This document shows positions 39,035 through 51,828 of a stretch of 64,000 bases of DNA, one piece after another (positions within the stretch are counted from its first letter, which is position 1; every line of letters begins with the position of its first letter). The position numbers and the translations under genes are program-made. The stretch is from Octopus vulgaris (lineage: Eukaryota), in assembly GCA_951406725.2 (NCBI GenBank), contig OX597824.1, positions 45,384,001 to 45,448,000 on the forward strand, given 5' to 3'. Below the pieces are notes generated by a model, which was not told the DNA's origin, did no database searches, and saw only the letters and a program-made list of their open reading frames with translations.

Positions 39035-39159
39035 CTTTGTGTAACTTTTGGTGATTCTGAGCCATTCTGAGCTTGGTTAAATTTGTTCCCATTACCATTG
39101 GTTGTAGTCTTGTCCCTACTCTTTTTAACTTCAGGAGAAGATGAGCTGCTGTCTGCTTC
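39035..39159 (-). CDS. ena: Ena/VASP exon: EVH2 linker, EADSSSSSPEVKKSRDKTTTNGNGNKFNQAQNGSESPKVTQ(R)
   Basis: 125 nt, acceptor cccattctag| and donor AAG|gtttgt. Phase 0/2 exactly bridges the flanking exons, and the frame is open. Confidence 0.85.
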
Positions 39160-39299
39160 CTAGAATGGGAAATAACACATTACAGTTTGAAATGACAGTA
39201 GTTGGAGTATTATTCATAAAAACAAAGTACTTTCTAAAATCATTTTAAAAGCAGTTACTTCTACTAGAAATATTAAACCCATTTGGTAAAAGGGTAAAA

Positions 39300-39624
39300 A
39301 ACCTTTTTGGTCATGAATGACCATGAGATTTCACCTAGAAAGTTACCCTCTGAGGCACAAGTTTGGGCAAGGTTGTTTAGGGAAGACCAACAGTTGTCCA
39401 TGCATGCCAGCCTCCCCTCTCCATGCAACCAATGTTATACAAGGGAAAGGTAAAGGTCAATACAGCTTGACACCAGTGACATTGCAACTCATTTGTACAG
39501 ATGAGTGAACTGGAGCAACATGAAATAAAGTATCTTTCTCAAGAACACAACATACAGCTCAGTTCAGGAATTGAACTCACTATCTCATGATTGTGAACCT
39601 GATGTTCTAACCACCGAGCCATGT
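39300..39624 (-). mobile_element. tRNA-derived SINE family B copy
   Basis: Homologous to 15637-15966 over its full length; explains ORF 39317..39508. Confidence 0.85.
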
Positions 39625-40937
39625 GACACAATATATCACTTTAAGTTAGTTAGCTAAACAGGGTTTATACCTTTCCAAGCTATAACAATAAAAAATTTTT
39701 TAATTAGTTCTATAAAATTAACAAAATATTTGTTAATTTCTACAATGGCAAACTGTAAAAAGGAGGTGAGGTATGAAGAAACATGCTTAAACAATTCATA
39801 TTATAAAATAATCTTTTCATGAATCCACAAGGAACAATAATATCTAGCCTAAGTTCCTGAAAGGATATTTTTTTGAAATTTAATTTCTGTAGGTCTGGAG
39901 GAAGGGACTGTGCCTATGGCCTTCAAAGACCACCAAGCTCAACTTATGTCCCTCCTGAACATTTGCAAGTTGATGGCCACAGGAAAGACATAAACAAGAA
40001 TGTTCTAGAGGCTCAACATTCTGCAGAGGAAGGCCTGAGATTAGTGGTTAATGCTGACCCCAAGAGTGGGTAATAAGTGAAATGGGAATGCTTCAGTGGA
40101 GATGGTAAGAGACTATTGTAATAGTAGTAGAAAAGGTGAAGAGAGGAGACAACACATCTGTTGACCAGAGGTTAGAGTGTGCTGGTGAGTGACTTCATGC
40201 TTAATCAATTGAGCAGCCTTTTATTGTTGCTTTTCTTTTTTAATACTGTCTAAAACTACATTACCCAATGTATTCCTCCTTTCTGAAGATGGTTAAGCTG
40301 TAATTTGAGGGAGATTTGGTTGCTATTTCCTGCGGTCACACCCTACTACCTTCAAAAGTGAGGCACACACTGGGTAATGTAGCTTTATATATGTAAAAGC
40401 CACTTGACTGATTGATATAATACTTCCCAACGTACTTCAGCTTCTGGTCCATTAATGTACTGTCCCTTTCTCAGCCTTTTCTACCAAGATTAGTAATTCC
40501 TGTTTTTTAAAGATGGCTAGTCTTGTGCTATTTCCACTCCAGCACTCTTAACTCACCCATCCTCAGAACATTGTGTTATATCAGGGTAGGTTAAACCTCT
40601 TTTAGTCTAGATAACAGTCTACTACAAGCAGCTACTCAAGGACTGGTATGTTATTTTCCAACTATAATAGAAACAACAAAATACCTGAAATGGAATATGA
40701 ACTTGCAACTAAAGAGTTGATTCTTAAATTTATTTACAATCACAATGTAAATAAGTAAAATTTGCAGAACTATAAAATCCATGCAACTGTAGTAGCATAG
40801 TTTTGTTGTTCCTTGTTCCCATGCTTAAAGGTTGAATGTCAAGAAATAAACCGATGTGATCTTATTTACATTACTCATCCTTCGCTATTTTGGAACAAGT
40901 CAATCCCCAGTGTTGAGATTTTTAGATCACTGTTGGT

Positions 40938-41244
40938 GTCTTTGGGAAGACCCACTCCACCACCAAATTGAAGTGCCAGCCGTCATAATGTGTTTAAGAT
41001 ATACTATAGGTTAATAGGTTAGAAAGTTGTTCCATAAATTCTTGAAGCAAACTAAACTCATCCTGCAATTTTTTAAAATTATTTATTTGGTCTTTGGAAG
41101 ATCCTCTGCACCACCAAAGTGAAGTTCCATCCATTATAATGTATTAAAATATACTATGGTTTGGTAGGATAGAAAGTTGTTCCATAAATCCTTGAAGCAG
41201 ACTAAACTCCCCCCTCCAATTTTCTTTTTATTATTTATTTGGTC
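40938..41244. repeat. About 150-bp tandem duplication
   Basis: gtctttgg.aga.cc.ct.caccaccaaa...agaaagttgttccataaat.cttgaagca.actaaactc...ttatttatttggtct occurs twice. Confidence 0.85.
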
Positions 41245-42242
41245 TAAGAAAAGAGCTGTGTCCACAACATCTTCAGTAATGTTTTATTCAAGTAGCTGCA
41301 GAAAAAACATGTACAGAGAAGGAATGTCTGACGGTTAATATTTAGGAATGACTGGACATGTTAGTGCAGCACCTACAGGAGGTGGTGATAGTGGACATAA
41401 TATTGGTGATAAAGAAAGGAGACATGAGTTAGTTAAGAATTCCTGAGTGGAGAAGGCATGAGACCAGCCAGCTCCAAGGAACAAAGGATACTAATGGGAA
41501 TAGAGTGTATTTCTAACCACAAACTGTCTTTTTAGTTCATCCAATGCAACAAAAGTAGTGAACTGTAACAAAGGTTTCTGCTATCTACAACTGCAGAAGA
41601 TAAAATCCTAGAACACCCAATCCAATTTATGCCAGCATGCAGAAATGTTGATGATAATGTTGTTGATAACAACAATCACTGTTCATATTGTTAGATTGGA
41701 TTGGATTGCCTATGTTCAGTCCACTGTAGGATGAAGGCCTCAGAATGTTCTCTCCATGAGTTTGAGCTTCAGATCATACTGGTTTGATAAGCTTTCTCTG
41801 TCACACTGGCTCAACATGGCTTGGCAGAAGGTTCATATTGTTAATCAACCTAAATTAACTAAACTCAAGTAGAGTGGTGGTATGGAGGATAATGGTATGG
41901 AAAAGGAAAGAAAAATGTTACAAAATATGCAAATCAAATATTTTCTTTTTCTACGAAAGATTTCCCAGAGAAGCAAATCTCATGTAGGTAAAACCCAAAT
42001 ACTTTACTTTTACTTTGCAGTGAGTGACAGTTAAGCTTAAGAATAGGGTGTACTTTCTAGGCTTGGTTTATGAGTGTTTACTGTATGAATCTACTTGTGA
42101 CATTTCCAACACAAACCATTCTGTGTGTTGGCTATCTATCATTTTTCACTAGAAATATCTTGATTTAGTCTTTTGTACAGAACTAAAATGTACATTCTAT
42201 CATACTGAGTTATAATGTACTACTACTTGACACGATTTTTAC

Positions 42243-42419
42243 CTGTGAGGAGTTCTCAGTCTTGGCACGTCTTGCAGCCAGTTTCCGCTGCATCTCACTC
42301 ATCATGTTCTCAGCTCCAGGTATTAGTGGCCTAGCCAGTGAATTCATCCCTGCCTGGGCAGCATTGCCTGCACCATCAGCACCTGCAGCAGCAGCAGCAG
42401 AAGCAGCCCCATCATCAGG
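42243..42419 (-). CDS. ena: Ena/VASP exon: F-actin-binding block, PDDGAASAAAAAGADGAGNAAQAGMNSLARPLIPGAENMMSEMQRKLAARRAKTENSSQ
   Basis: 177 nt, phase 0/0, acceptor atattccag| and donor CAG|gtaaaa. MMSEMQRKLAARR matches the EVH2 FAB motif (LMEEMNAMLARRRK in VASP). Not in the ORF track; translated by hand. Confidence 0.92.
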
Positions 42420-42896
42420 CTGGAATATATAAATTCAGAACGGAGATGAAATATGTAGAGTATTATATATACATATATAAAGAAAAATAATCAAGGATTA
42501 GTTTGACAGGTTAATTTAAGAAATATATATTTATTAATGGTTAAAATAAATGACAATTTTCAAGTGTCTACTAATTCATCTATTCTATCATACTTGTTAT
42601 ACAAACAAGCAAAATATAACTTTACAAAAACAAACATTTCAAACTAAAATAAACTGTTGCTTAATATCGAACAATATTACTTCAGGAGGAAAGTAGCTAG
42701 TTCTAAAATCTCTAAAAGTAGTAACAATACTAGACAGTAGTGTTTCTTTTGCCACTATAACATGGCTGTTCTATAAAGGTCTATGTTATATTTTAACCCC
42801 AGGAAAACATGTTTTTCCAGCTGGTTAACGACACACAACCTGTGTCCAATATATTGTGAGTAAGGGAGTGAATCACTCCCCTCCAGCTTGGCAAGA

Positions 42897-42941
42897 CCAG
42901 TAGACCATGGCTTCTGGGTCTTTACCCTTCATTGGTACTGG
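42897..42941 (-). ncRNA. Minimal Type I hammerhead-like motif, second copy (sense to Ena pre-mRNA)
   Basis: CCAGUA-CCAAUGA-AGGGU-AAAG-ACCCA-GAAGC-CAUG-GUC/UACUGG; carries an additional GAAAC>GAAGC change. Confidence 0.55.
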
Positions 42942-43213
42942 ACACCTGCCTGTTAGAGATGGCAGTCAATCATACCTACTCAAAATATATAAACACAGAA
43001 TCGGTAGACAGCCACTGATCTTGTAAGGAGCAATGTAGCTAGTTCTAAAATCTTGAAATGAAATATAAGTAGTAGCATTACTAGATGGTAACTTGTTTAA
43101 AAATTTTAGAACTAGCTACTTTGCTCGTTATGAGATCAGTGGCTGTCTGCCACTTCTCTGTTTATATATTATGAGTAGGTATGATTGACTGCCATCTCTA
43201 GCAGGCAAGTGTC

Positions 43214-43256
43214 CAGTACCAATGAAGGGTAAAGACCCAGAAACCATGGTCTACTG
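43214..43256 (+). ncRNA. Minimal Type I hammerhead-like motif with variant core
   Basis: CAGUA-CCAAUGA-A-GGGU-AAAG-ACCC-A-GAAAC-CAUG-GUC/UACUG. Stems I, II and III and the GUC triplet are intact; the core reads CCAAUGA instead of CUGANGA. Confidence 0.65.
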
Positions 43257-44925
43257 ATCTTGCCAAGCTGGAAGGGGAGTGATTTGCTCCCTTACAATAT
43301 ATCGGATACAGGTTGAGTGTTGTTAACCAGTTGGAAAAGACATCTTCCTGGGGCTAAAATGCAGCACATAGTTCTTTATAGAACTGCCATGTTATAGCGG
43401 CAAAAAACCCCCAAAAAACGTTACCATCTAGTATTGTTACTACTCACATCTCATTTAGAGATTTTAGAACTAGCTACTTTGCTCCTTATGAGATCAGCAG
43501 CTGTCTGCCACTTCACTCTTAATATATTGTGAGTATGGACAAACCATGGTCTACTGGTCTTACCAAGATGGAGGGGAGTGATTCACTCCCTTACTCACAA
43601 TATATCGGACACAGGTTGTGTGTCGTTAACCAGCTAGAAAAGATGTTTCCCTAGGGCTAAAATGTAGTGACATTGTTCTTTATAGAACAGCCATGTTATA
43701 GTGGGGGGAGGGGGAAAACCCCCCAAAAACGTTATTGAATATTACTTTATCAAAATTATGATAAAGTTAATCCGCAAATGTCTATAGGAAAAATGCTTAA
43801 GTTTATATTATTTTTCAAAGACAGGAAATTTTCTCTCAGAATATTTGGTGATTATTCTAGACTTATAGTATGTTGGGAAAGAATTTCCTGTCAGAATCCT
43901 AAACTAACTGTAGCATACTAAAAATTTTTAAGAATTGTCAAGCAAATTAATTTCAATTCAGTGATGTGACTACTTAAAGCAATTCCTCTTTTGCTTTGGT
44001 AATCAATCAAGCAGTAAAATCTAAGGCAGTAAGAATGGAGCACTCTTCTGTAGGACACAATAACAGTTATCAATTTGGTATCAGAAACTAGGCTAGTTGC
44101 TCTCATTATCCTGAAATGATCTGTGCATAACTTTACTTCAGCAATTTTTAGTTTCCTTTCCATTGCTTGCACAGAAGTAGGTCTTTTTATATGCCTAGAT
44201 ATACAAAGACATTGTCATTATAGAACCACTACAGCAAGAAGTAACCCAGAAAGAGCTAAGTTCCTTGCATATGGCTGGCTACAGCACAGAACTGATGATA
44301 AGATTATGAGATATTAACACAGATAGCAGGAAACACAAACTCTGTGAGGTTGTCAAGAAGATAGTGCATCAATTGACCTGTTTATCACCAAAATCATGGT
44401 TGCCAATGTGATCTAGGATAAACGACAGCAATAACTTGGTTTAATGAAGAGTAGCAAGGTAAGTCACAAATAAACAAAGATTGCAATCTGGTTTCTGTAC
44501 AGGGTTGAAGCTATTTACCATCCTTTACTCATGCTAATCAGAAAGGTGTCAACGTAACACTTCAGCATTTCTTAAAAAGTCAGGTTTCATATGAACTTAG
44601 AGCAAGTGGGGAGAAACTGCTCTGTATAATCCTCACAGAACAAACACTATAGGAAGCTCTATCCAGATGTGTATCAATGAAGATAAGAGATTTCAGGCTT
44701 AAGAAGTATTTTTTCTGAAACAGTCATTTAATCAGTACTAAAACAATATTAGAGTTGAGGTAATATCAGAGCTCTAAAATGGTTCAATTTATGCCAAGAT
44801 CAACTTCTTTTGGCCAATTAAAAAATACACACAAAAGATAATTTAATATAACTGCTTTCTTAGCTACAAGTTCCTTAGCACCATGTAGATTTGCAACAAA
44901 CTTATTAAATTATTATTATATAAAG

Positions 44926-45257
44926 ACCCCCTTCAGTCATAAATGACCATGGGGTTGCACCTAGAGAGTTACCCCCCAAGGCACAAGTCTGGGCAAGGTT
45001 GTTTATGGAAGACCAACAGTTGCCTGTGCATACCAGCCTCCCCTCTCCATACCACTGATGTTATCCAAGGGAAAGGTAAAGGCAGATACAGCTTGGCACC
45101 AGTGATGTTGCAACTCATTTCTACAGGTGAGTGAATTGGAGCAACATGAAAATGTGAAATTAAGTGTTTTGCTCAAGAACACACAGCCCGGTCTGGGAAC
45201 TGAACTCACTACCTCATGGTTGTGATCCTGATGCTCTAACCACTGAGCTATGCACCT
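44926..45257 (-). mobile_element. tRNA-derived SINE family B copy
   Basis: Homologous to 15637-15966; explains ORF 44943..45134. Confidence 0.85.
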
Positions 45258-46556
45258 TCTATTATTATATAATGATAGGATTATTATTATATAATAATTG
45301 GAGGATAGTAAAGTGACAGACAATAGAGTGCCAAACAAAATGCTTCAGGGTATACAGTTTCAACATTTTACATTCTGAGATCAAATCTTTCTAGATTCAA
45401 CTTCGCTTTTCATATACCTGGAAGTGATAAGTTAACTAAATTGTTCCCAACTTTTCCCAAATCTGTTGCCCTTTACCAATGTCAGAGATCACAGGGGTCA
45501 GAACTGGGATCAGCAATGAGTATTCTGATAACAGTTCATGACCTTCCGTCTGAAGTGAGTTTGCAATTTCACTGCTAAAACCTTTTGTATTGACAAATAT
45601 GAAAACTATCTTTTATTTCCAGTCTTCTCTATAAAATGAAAACTTTATGCATATTTAGGAAATCAATATTATATTAAAAAAAAACAAGAAAACAATAAAA
45701 AACAAAACATTATTACTATTATTATTAAGGGGTGCAGATAGCTGAAATAGTAGAATGATGGATTAAATGTCTTCCTGTATTCAGTCATGTTCTTTTAAGT
45801 TTGAGTTCAAATGCCAGCAAGGTTATGATAAATAAAATAAGAACCAGCCAAATATTGAGATTTATTATATTAACTGTTACTGCACTATTAAAAATTTGTG
45901 GCTCTATACCTGTATTAAAAAACATGGTTACTACAATAAGATTATTATTCTAACAACTACAGAAATAGCGAAATTAGTACAGTTGAAGATGCCCAACTAT
46001 TCTAAGTTCAATTCACATTGAGACTGACTTCACTGTTAACGCTCCCTCCAAGTTTGATAAAAGTATCAGTTTTATATATTATAGCTCAATCAACTATATT
46101 CTGCCATCTATGCATTAATAAAAACTAATACTACTAACTGCTACATGAATGAGTTTGTGCAACAGATTGGAAGACTGACAAATTATTGTGCTTGATTCTG
46201 TGTCAAGTTTCAATAAAGACAGTTATTTGTGCATCTGAGAGTTATTTTGCTGAAAAGTACACCTATTTAAAAAAATTATTACTATTATTATTAACTATGC
46301 TTATTGCTATAGTAATCAAGCTCATTCTACTTCACACAAGGTATTCATGCCTTTTCAAATTTATAAGCAATGCAACTTTTCATTCTGCCTCCTCTAAATG
46401 TTAAGCTTCTTTGTTATATAAAAGAATTGTCATTTATTAAAAAAATAGCTAGGAAAGACAGAGAAAAGTTCAGTCCAAACAGTATGCAGTATCTACTTCA
46501 GCTTGCCATATTTCTAACATGATTGTAGCCAACTAAGTTGTTTCTTCCAGCCTTTA

Positions 46557-46790
46557 ACCTTTTGCCTGCCCACAGCATTTTCATAAAATTTTCTGAAATG
46601 TCCATGCTTGTTTTTATACTTTCAGTTAGCCCTTATTTCACATGTTCTGAGTAATAAAAAGCTCTCCTTCCATACATCCCAAGTTACTCTGACAGTTGAA
46701 ACAAATTGAGCATGTGTATCACATATGATGCATGGATGCCAGGGAAATATGTCCTGTGTGTCACATGTGATACACTGGACAGGCAAAGGG
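46557..46790. mobile_element. piggyBac-type MITE (third family)
   Basis: TTAA|ccttttgcctgccc ... ggacaggcaaaggg|TTAA. Confidence 0.7.
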
Positions 46791-47845
46791 TTAAGATTTT
46801 AAAAATAAGCAACAGTTATATACATAGGTCAATACATTCAATTATATATTCATTCTCCTTTATAAAAAGGGACATATGTCTTGACAATAAAAAAAAAAAC
46901 CCATTTAATCACTATTATCAGCTAGAAATTCTAATGAAAATTATCCAGCATTAATTAGACTACATGGAGCCAACTTGTTTAGTAATATTGGAAAATTAAA
47001 TAGCTATTTTTATAGAATGTCTGGAAATTAGAATTAATCTAAGGTATCTCATTTTGTCCATAAAACAACAACAAATAAGTAAAAAGAGTAATATATGGCA
47101 AATAAAAGAATATCCTTAATCATATACGTCGATACTGTGATAAGATATTGCTTTCACATGACAAAAAATGAAACTAAAATAAAAAAGACCTAAAGTATAT
47201 ATGCAATAAAATATTTAAAAAACCCTTTTATATCAGTGATTTACCTTTTTTTTAAAACAAGAGTTTTTTAAAAATTAGACATTTTAGGACAAAAGTATGT
47301 GTAAGTAGAAGAATAATTTCCTATGATATAAAATTACTGAAGAATTCAGTTGATGTACTTTCACTACACAATACATCCAGCTTGCTATTGTTTGCCAGTA
47401 GAGAGCGAAGTTGGCATGAAGCCAAGCAGCTGGGAGAATTTGGCCCATTTATAGTGCTAGTTGAGAGAAGCTGTTAAAGATAAACTTCAAGTGCAAGATA
47501 ACAGCTGATTTTGCTTCTTGTGAAATGTTCAACAATGATGGACTGAATACCGACAATTGAAGATGAGCCAAGTAGGAACATTATGATAAATAAAGAGTAA
47601 AAGAAAAAAGAAACAAAACACTAAATTAATTTTGGCTTTGAACAAATTAATAAAGCTAGTTCATATAGTAAATATGAGATCCATAATGAGACAATATGTA
47701 ATATTACTATAGATTATTTAAAGATCTAAAATATCTTTATATACAAAATTCTCATTCAACATTAGAATAAGAATGAAATTTCCTATTACAAGTGGCTGTG
47801 GATGGATGCATATTGTATTTGAGTAGATGAGCAACGGAGGTAGTA

Positions 47846-48507
47846 CGAGTGGAAGAGCTAGTGCATGTGGGAGCGGGAGAGCTAGTCCGCGTGGGAGTGG
47901 AAGAGCTAGTCTGCGCAGGAGTAGAAGAGCTAGTGTGCGTGGGAGCGGACGAGCTAGTGTGCGTGAGAGCGGACAAGATAGTGTGCGTGGGAGCGAACGA
48001 GCTAGTGCGTGAGAGAGCAGAAGAGCTAGTGCACGTGAGAGTGGAAGAGCTAGTGCGCGCGGGAGTGGGAGAGCTAGTGCGCACGGGAGCGGGAGAGCTA
48101 GTGCACGCGGGAGCGGGAGAGCTAGTGCACATGGGAATGAAAGAGCTAGTGCGCGAGAGTGGAAGAGCTAGTTCACACAAGAGTGGAAAAGTTACTGCGT
48201 GTGAGAGTGGAAGAGCTAGTGTGTGTGAGAGTGGAAGAGCTAGTGTGTGTGAGAGTGGAAGAGCTAGTACGTGTGAGAGTGGAAGAGCTAGTGTGTGAGA
48301 GTAGAAGAGCTAGTGCATGAGGGTGAAAGAGATAGTCCATGTGAGAGTGGAAGAGCTAGTGCATGTGAGAGTGGAAGAGCTAGTGCATGTGAGAGTGGAA
48401 GAGTTTGTGTGAGCTAGTGCATAAGTGAGTAGAAAAACAAGTGGAAGTGCTAGCACATGAGTGAGTAGAAGAGTTAATGCATGATTGAGTGGAAGAGCTA
48501 GTGTGTG
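47846..48507. repeat. 24-bp minisatellite (gagtggaagagctagtgcRYgtga)
   Basis: More than 20 units with internal variants, degrading toward the right; purine-rich on the plus strand. Confidence 0.95.
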
Positions 48508-51500
48508 ACTACTGGGAGTGAATCCAAGTGCATGGTGGATGAGTGAGCAAATATTATTTCAGCAAGATTTTCTATTACAAGGTTCCTGTGAATGTTGATA
48601 GCTACTAAAAATTGCTCACTCTGTCTGACAGGCAAAGTATTCTGGAGCTTATACATAGTTTAGTCATTGAGAACTAGCTACCTCCCAGGAAGGATCTGAA
48701 CCCCAAATTGAAAGCTAATGTAGCATGTCACTAATAAAGTACTTGTTACCTATGAAAGTGATCTGTACTTCTTTTCACAGTTATGTGGATTGGCTCGCGG
48801 AATATAAAACATCTTTGGCAGGGTGACAGTACAGTGTCAGTAACAAGATATAGAGAGCTTTTTAAGTGATAAGTAATCAAGAATGACAAGATGGCTCATT
48901 TGCTATTCTATAAAACACAAGAATTAAATGCACTAAGAATTATTGAAAAGAAATAATTTTAGTACTATCTTTAAATAAATGCAGCTGGGTTAACAGAGAA
49001 AATTCTTTTGATTTTCTATAAAACAAGAAAATACAAGAAATTGATCAGGTAATGGCATGTATAAAAAATAATCATTAAGTAGAAGAGCTGGTGTCTGAAC
49101 AATTGAGTAGCAGGAAGAAAGAGTATGTAGGCAAGTAATCTAAAGTTGGACATAAGAATAAAAAAACAAACAAGGCATATTCTATGCATAATTCTCCCTT
49201 TCTGCTACATTAGCAAAAGAAATATTTGACACTATATTAAAACCAAGTGAAAGCTAATGAAAAGTTTCTCAACTATTGTTAATATTTGAATGCATTTTGT
49301 ACTACTAAATGGCTATAACCATTGACAACTGAAATAAATTAGGTTTCCATGTCAATATGCTTGAGAATGTATTTCTATTTTATTTTACTTTTCTTACAAT
49401 TGATAGCTTACTTAGCATATGCATACATCCAAAAATAAAGACTGTACAAGAAAAAATTCTGACAAAACTTTTTTTTAATGGTAGCTCGCTAGCATGGGCG
49501 CTGTCTGAAGAAAGAAACCTACAGAGTAAATAATTTATCCAAAAATATTTTCTAACTTTGATAGTTTTTGAGATGCCAGAATAGATAGTGAAGTAACTAT
49601 ACTATAGAATAAGTGAGGCACTTAATTTCTTTGTGGAAGGATATGTTGAATTAGAAGGAATAATTATAGTAAGAAATAAAAAGGTTTAAATCTTAAAATA
49701 CTCATCAAATATTGATAAAGTTAATCTATATCCACTTTAAATATATCAAAATGATTAAAATTAAACTTTTGTAGTGTATGATTAACAAACATTTAGTTCA
49801 AGAATTAACTAAATTCTGAGAATGTGTGTGTATATATATATGAAATAAATATTGATCTCTCATATAATAATTAAAAATAAACAAAGATAATTGAAAGGGA
49901 ACATTTAAGAACAAATTTGAGAAAAAGAATTAAAAAAAACTCAATAAAGAGTGCAATATTTCATGTAAGATCCACAAGACTCATTGGTTAATTTCATCTG
50001 ATTGACAAAACAAGCATTTCTTATGAAAAAGTGAAAAGAAAATCATCAAAATGCAGATTCACAACAACATGCAACCATGCCAGAACACTGATGCATGAAC
50101 TTGTCTGAATTAAGTTGGCAAACATTAACCAAAAACTGGAGCCGTAAGTAAATGACTTTCAAAGATTAGACACTGCAAATATTATTAAGAGAGAAACAAG
50201 AGAGCAATCAGAATAGTAGTGTTTAGAAATAAGGGAGATAACCATTTGCGTATATGAAGGTCTGGATTCAACTATAGTTAGTATGTTGCAATCAGTAAAA
50301 TGGCATACCACACAAAATGTTAAAACTTAAGTACAGCCAGCAAAAAATGGTCTGTCATATTAATTTTTTGTAGTTTCTTGCCTCACAACCCACAAGCTTC
50401 ACAAACCAAATGTAATGTTTTCTTTCAATCAAACAATTTTTTAAGTTAGAAAAAAAACAACATTCTTCTCTCAAGAAGACAAATGCTTGTCTGAAGTTCG
50501 GTGCAAGCAACAAAAGCCAAAGAGCAAGGGAATGAATTTCACTAGAGAATAGAAAAAAATGTTAAGATAAACAACACTGAAGGAAACACCACCTTACTTG
50601 CTGTTTACTAAATTACTCTCAAGGGCCAAGATTATTCTAGAGAGCTCAGACATTTATTCCTCTTGCCACATATATTAAAGCAGAGACTAAATGATTGAAA
50701 CTGAGTGAAGGGAGAAAAGTTGGTTACAACATAAAGTCAAGTAGTTACATGAGAGTTGAGAGGTCATGACAGATCCAACTGACTGCATGAAACTATATCT
50801 CTGACAGACAGTACAACTCTATAGAGATACCTACAACATAATTTAGAAATGTGACTGGATTACAACTACACTCGACTCTATATAGCAATCATCTGTATAA
50901 CTAGCCAATAAGGGAAGCCTCTATGCACTTGTTGAAGCTGCTAGAAGTAGCCAAATTTATGCCTTACCCTCTTATAAAAAGGAAGAGCCCTTGGGATGAT
51001 AAGGTCTTAGATATACTGTATTCAAAGGAAAAAAATGCACTATTCAGCTATAATTAAAGAGATTACAAACCTGGGTACTAACTGCAGTTGTATTAAGCTA
51101 CAATGGCTGATTTAGCAACCCTTCTTTTATGTATGTAAAAATTAATGTCTTTAAGATTTTTCTCCTTGTTATCTTCTTTAATCAAGAGACAAATCAGTCA
51201 TCTACTTAACTAATTAAACCTCCAAATGAAATATCCTAACATTGCGTTAATATTACTTAAATGCCCCACTAACAAAAAGTTTGTTTTTATATTATGTTCC
51301 ATAATGTTTTATTTAAGAAATGTGAACATTTTCAAGAATAAGTATACAAATTTATGCGGTATTCACTAATGATGAAGTGCCAAGAGAGAACAATACATAT
51401 AACTAACGCATTACATATTAAGTGTATCCAACTAGCTATTTCTTTTATCCTGACAATGTTTCATGCATAGCCAGTCTTACTAACAATATTAATCTACTAT

Positions 51501-51828
51501 CTATGCATTCTGAAGAACTTAAAGTTGCTTGAGTTTTTATCAGAACTCTAAAGATCATTATAAACAACTAAAATGATACACCTATTTGAATTCTTCCACC
51601 ACACAAACACACGTGTGTGTGTGTGTGCAATGAATATGTGAGTGAACATTGATAATTATGAACATCAGAAAAATGTATTCAATATATGTATCGGAAGAAA
51701 ATTTATTTGAGAGTTGGAGCTTGACTAACATGACTGAGTTTTGCCTATCAGCACGTCATGTATATATTTATACAACCCAGGGTTGAATGAATCAAAAAGA
51801 TATCACAAGTCTCCCTCAAGTAACTTAC

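Larger units (their letters stand above)
42690..43705. mobile_element. About 350-bp hammerhead-containing repeat unit in an inverted plus tandem arrangement (retrozyme or PLE-pLTR-like)
   Basis: About 1.15 units on the minus strand (42690-43092, period about 342) followed by about 1.7 units on the plus strand (43103-43705, period 358: attttagaactagctactttgctc at 43103 and 43461). Confidence 0.8.
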
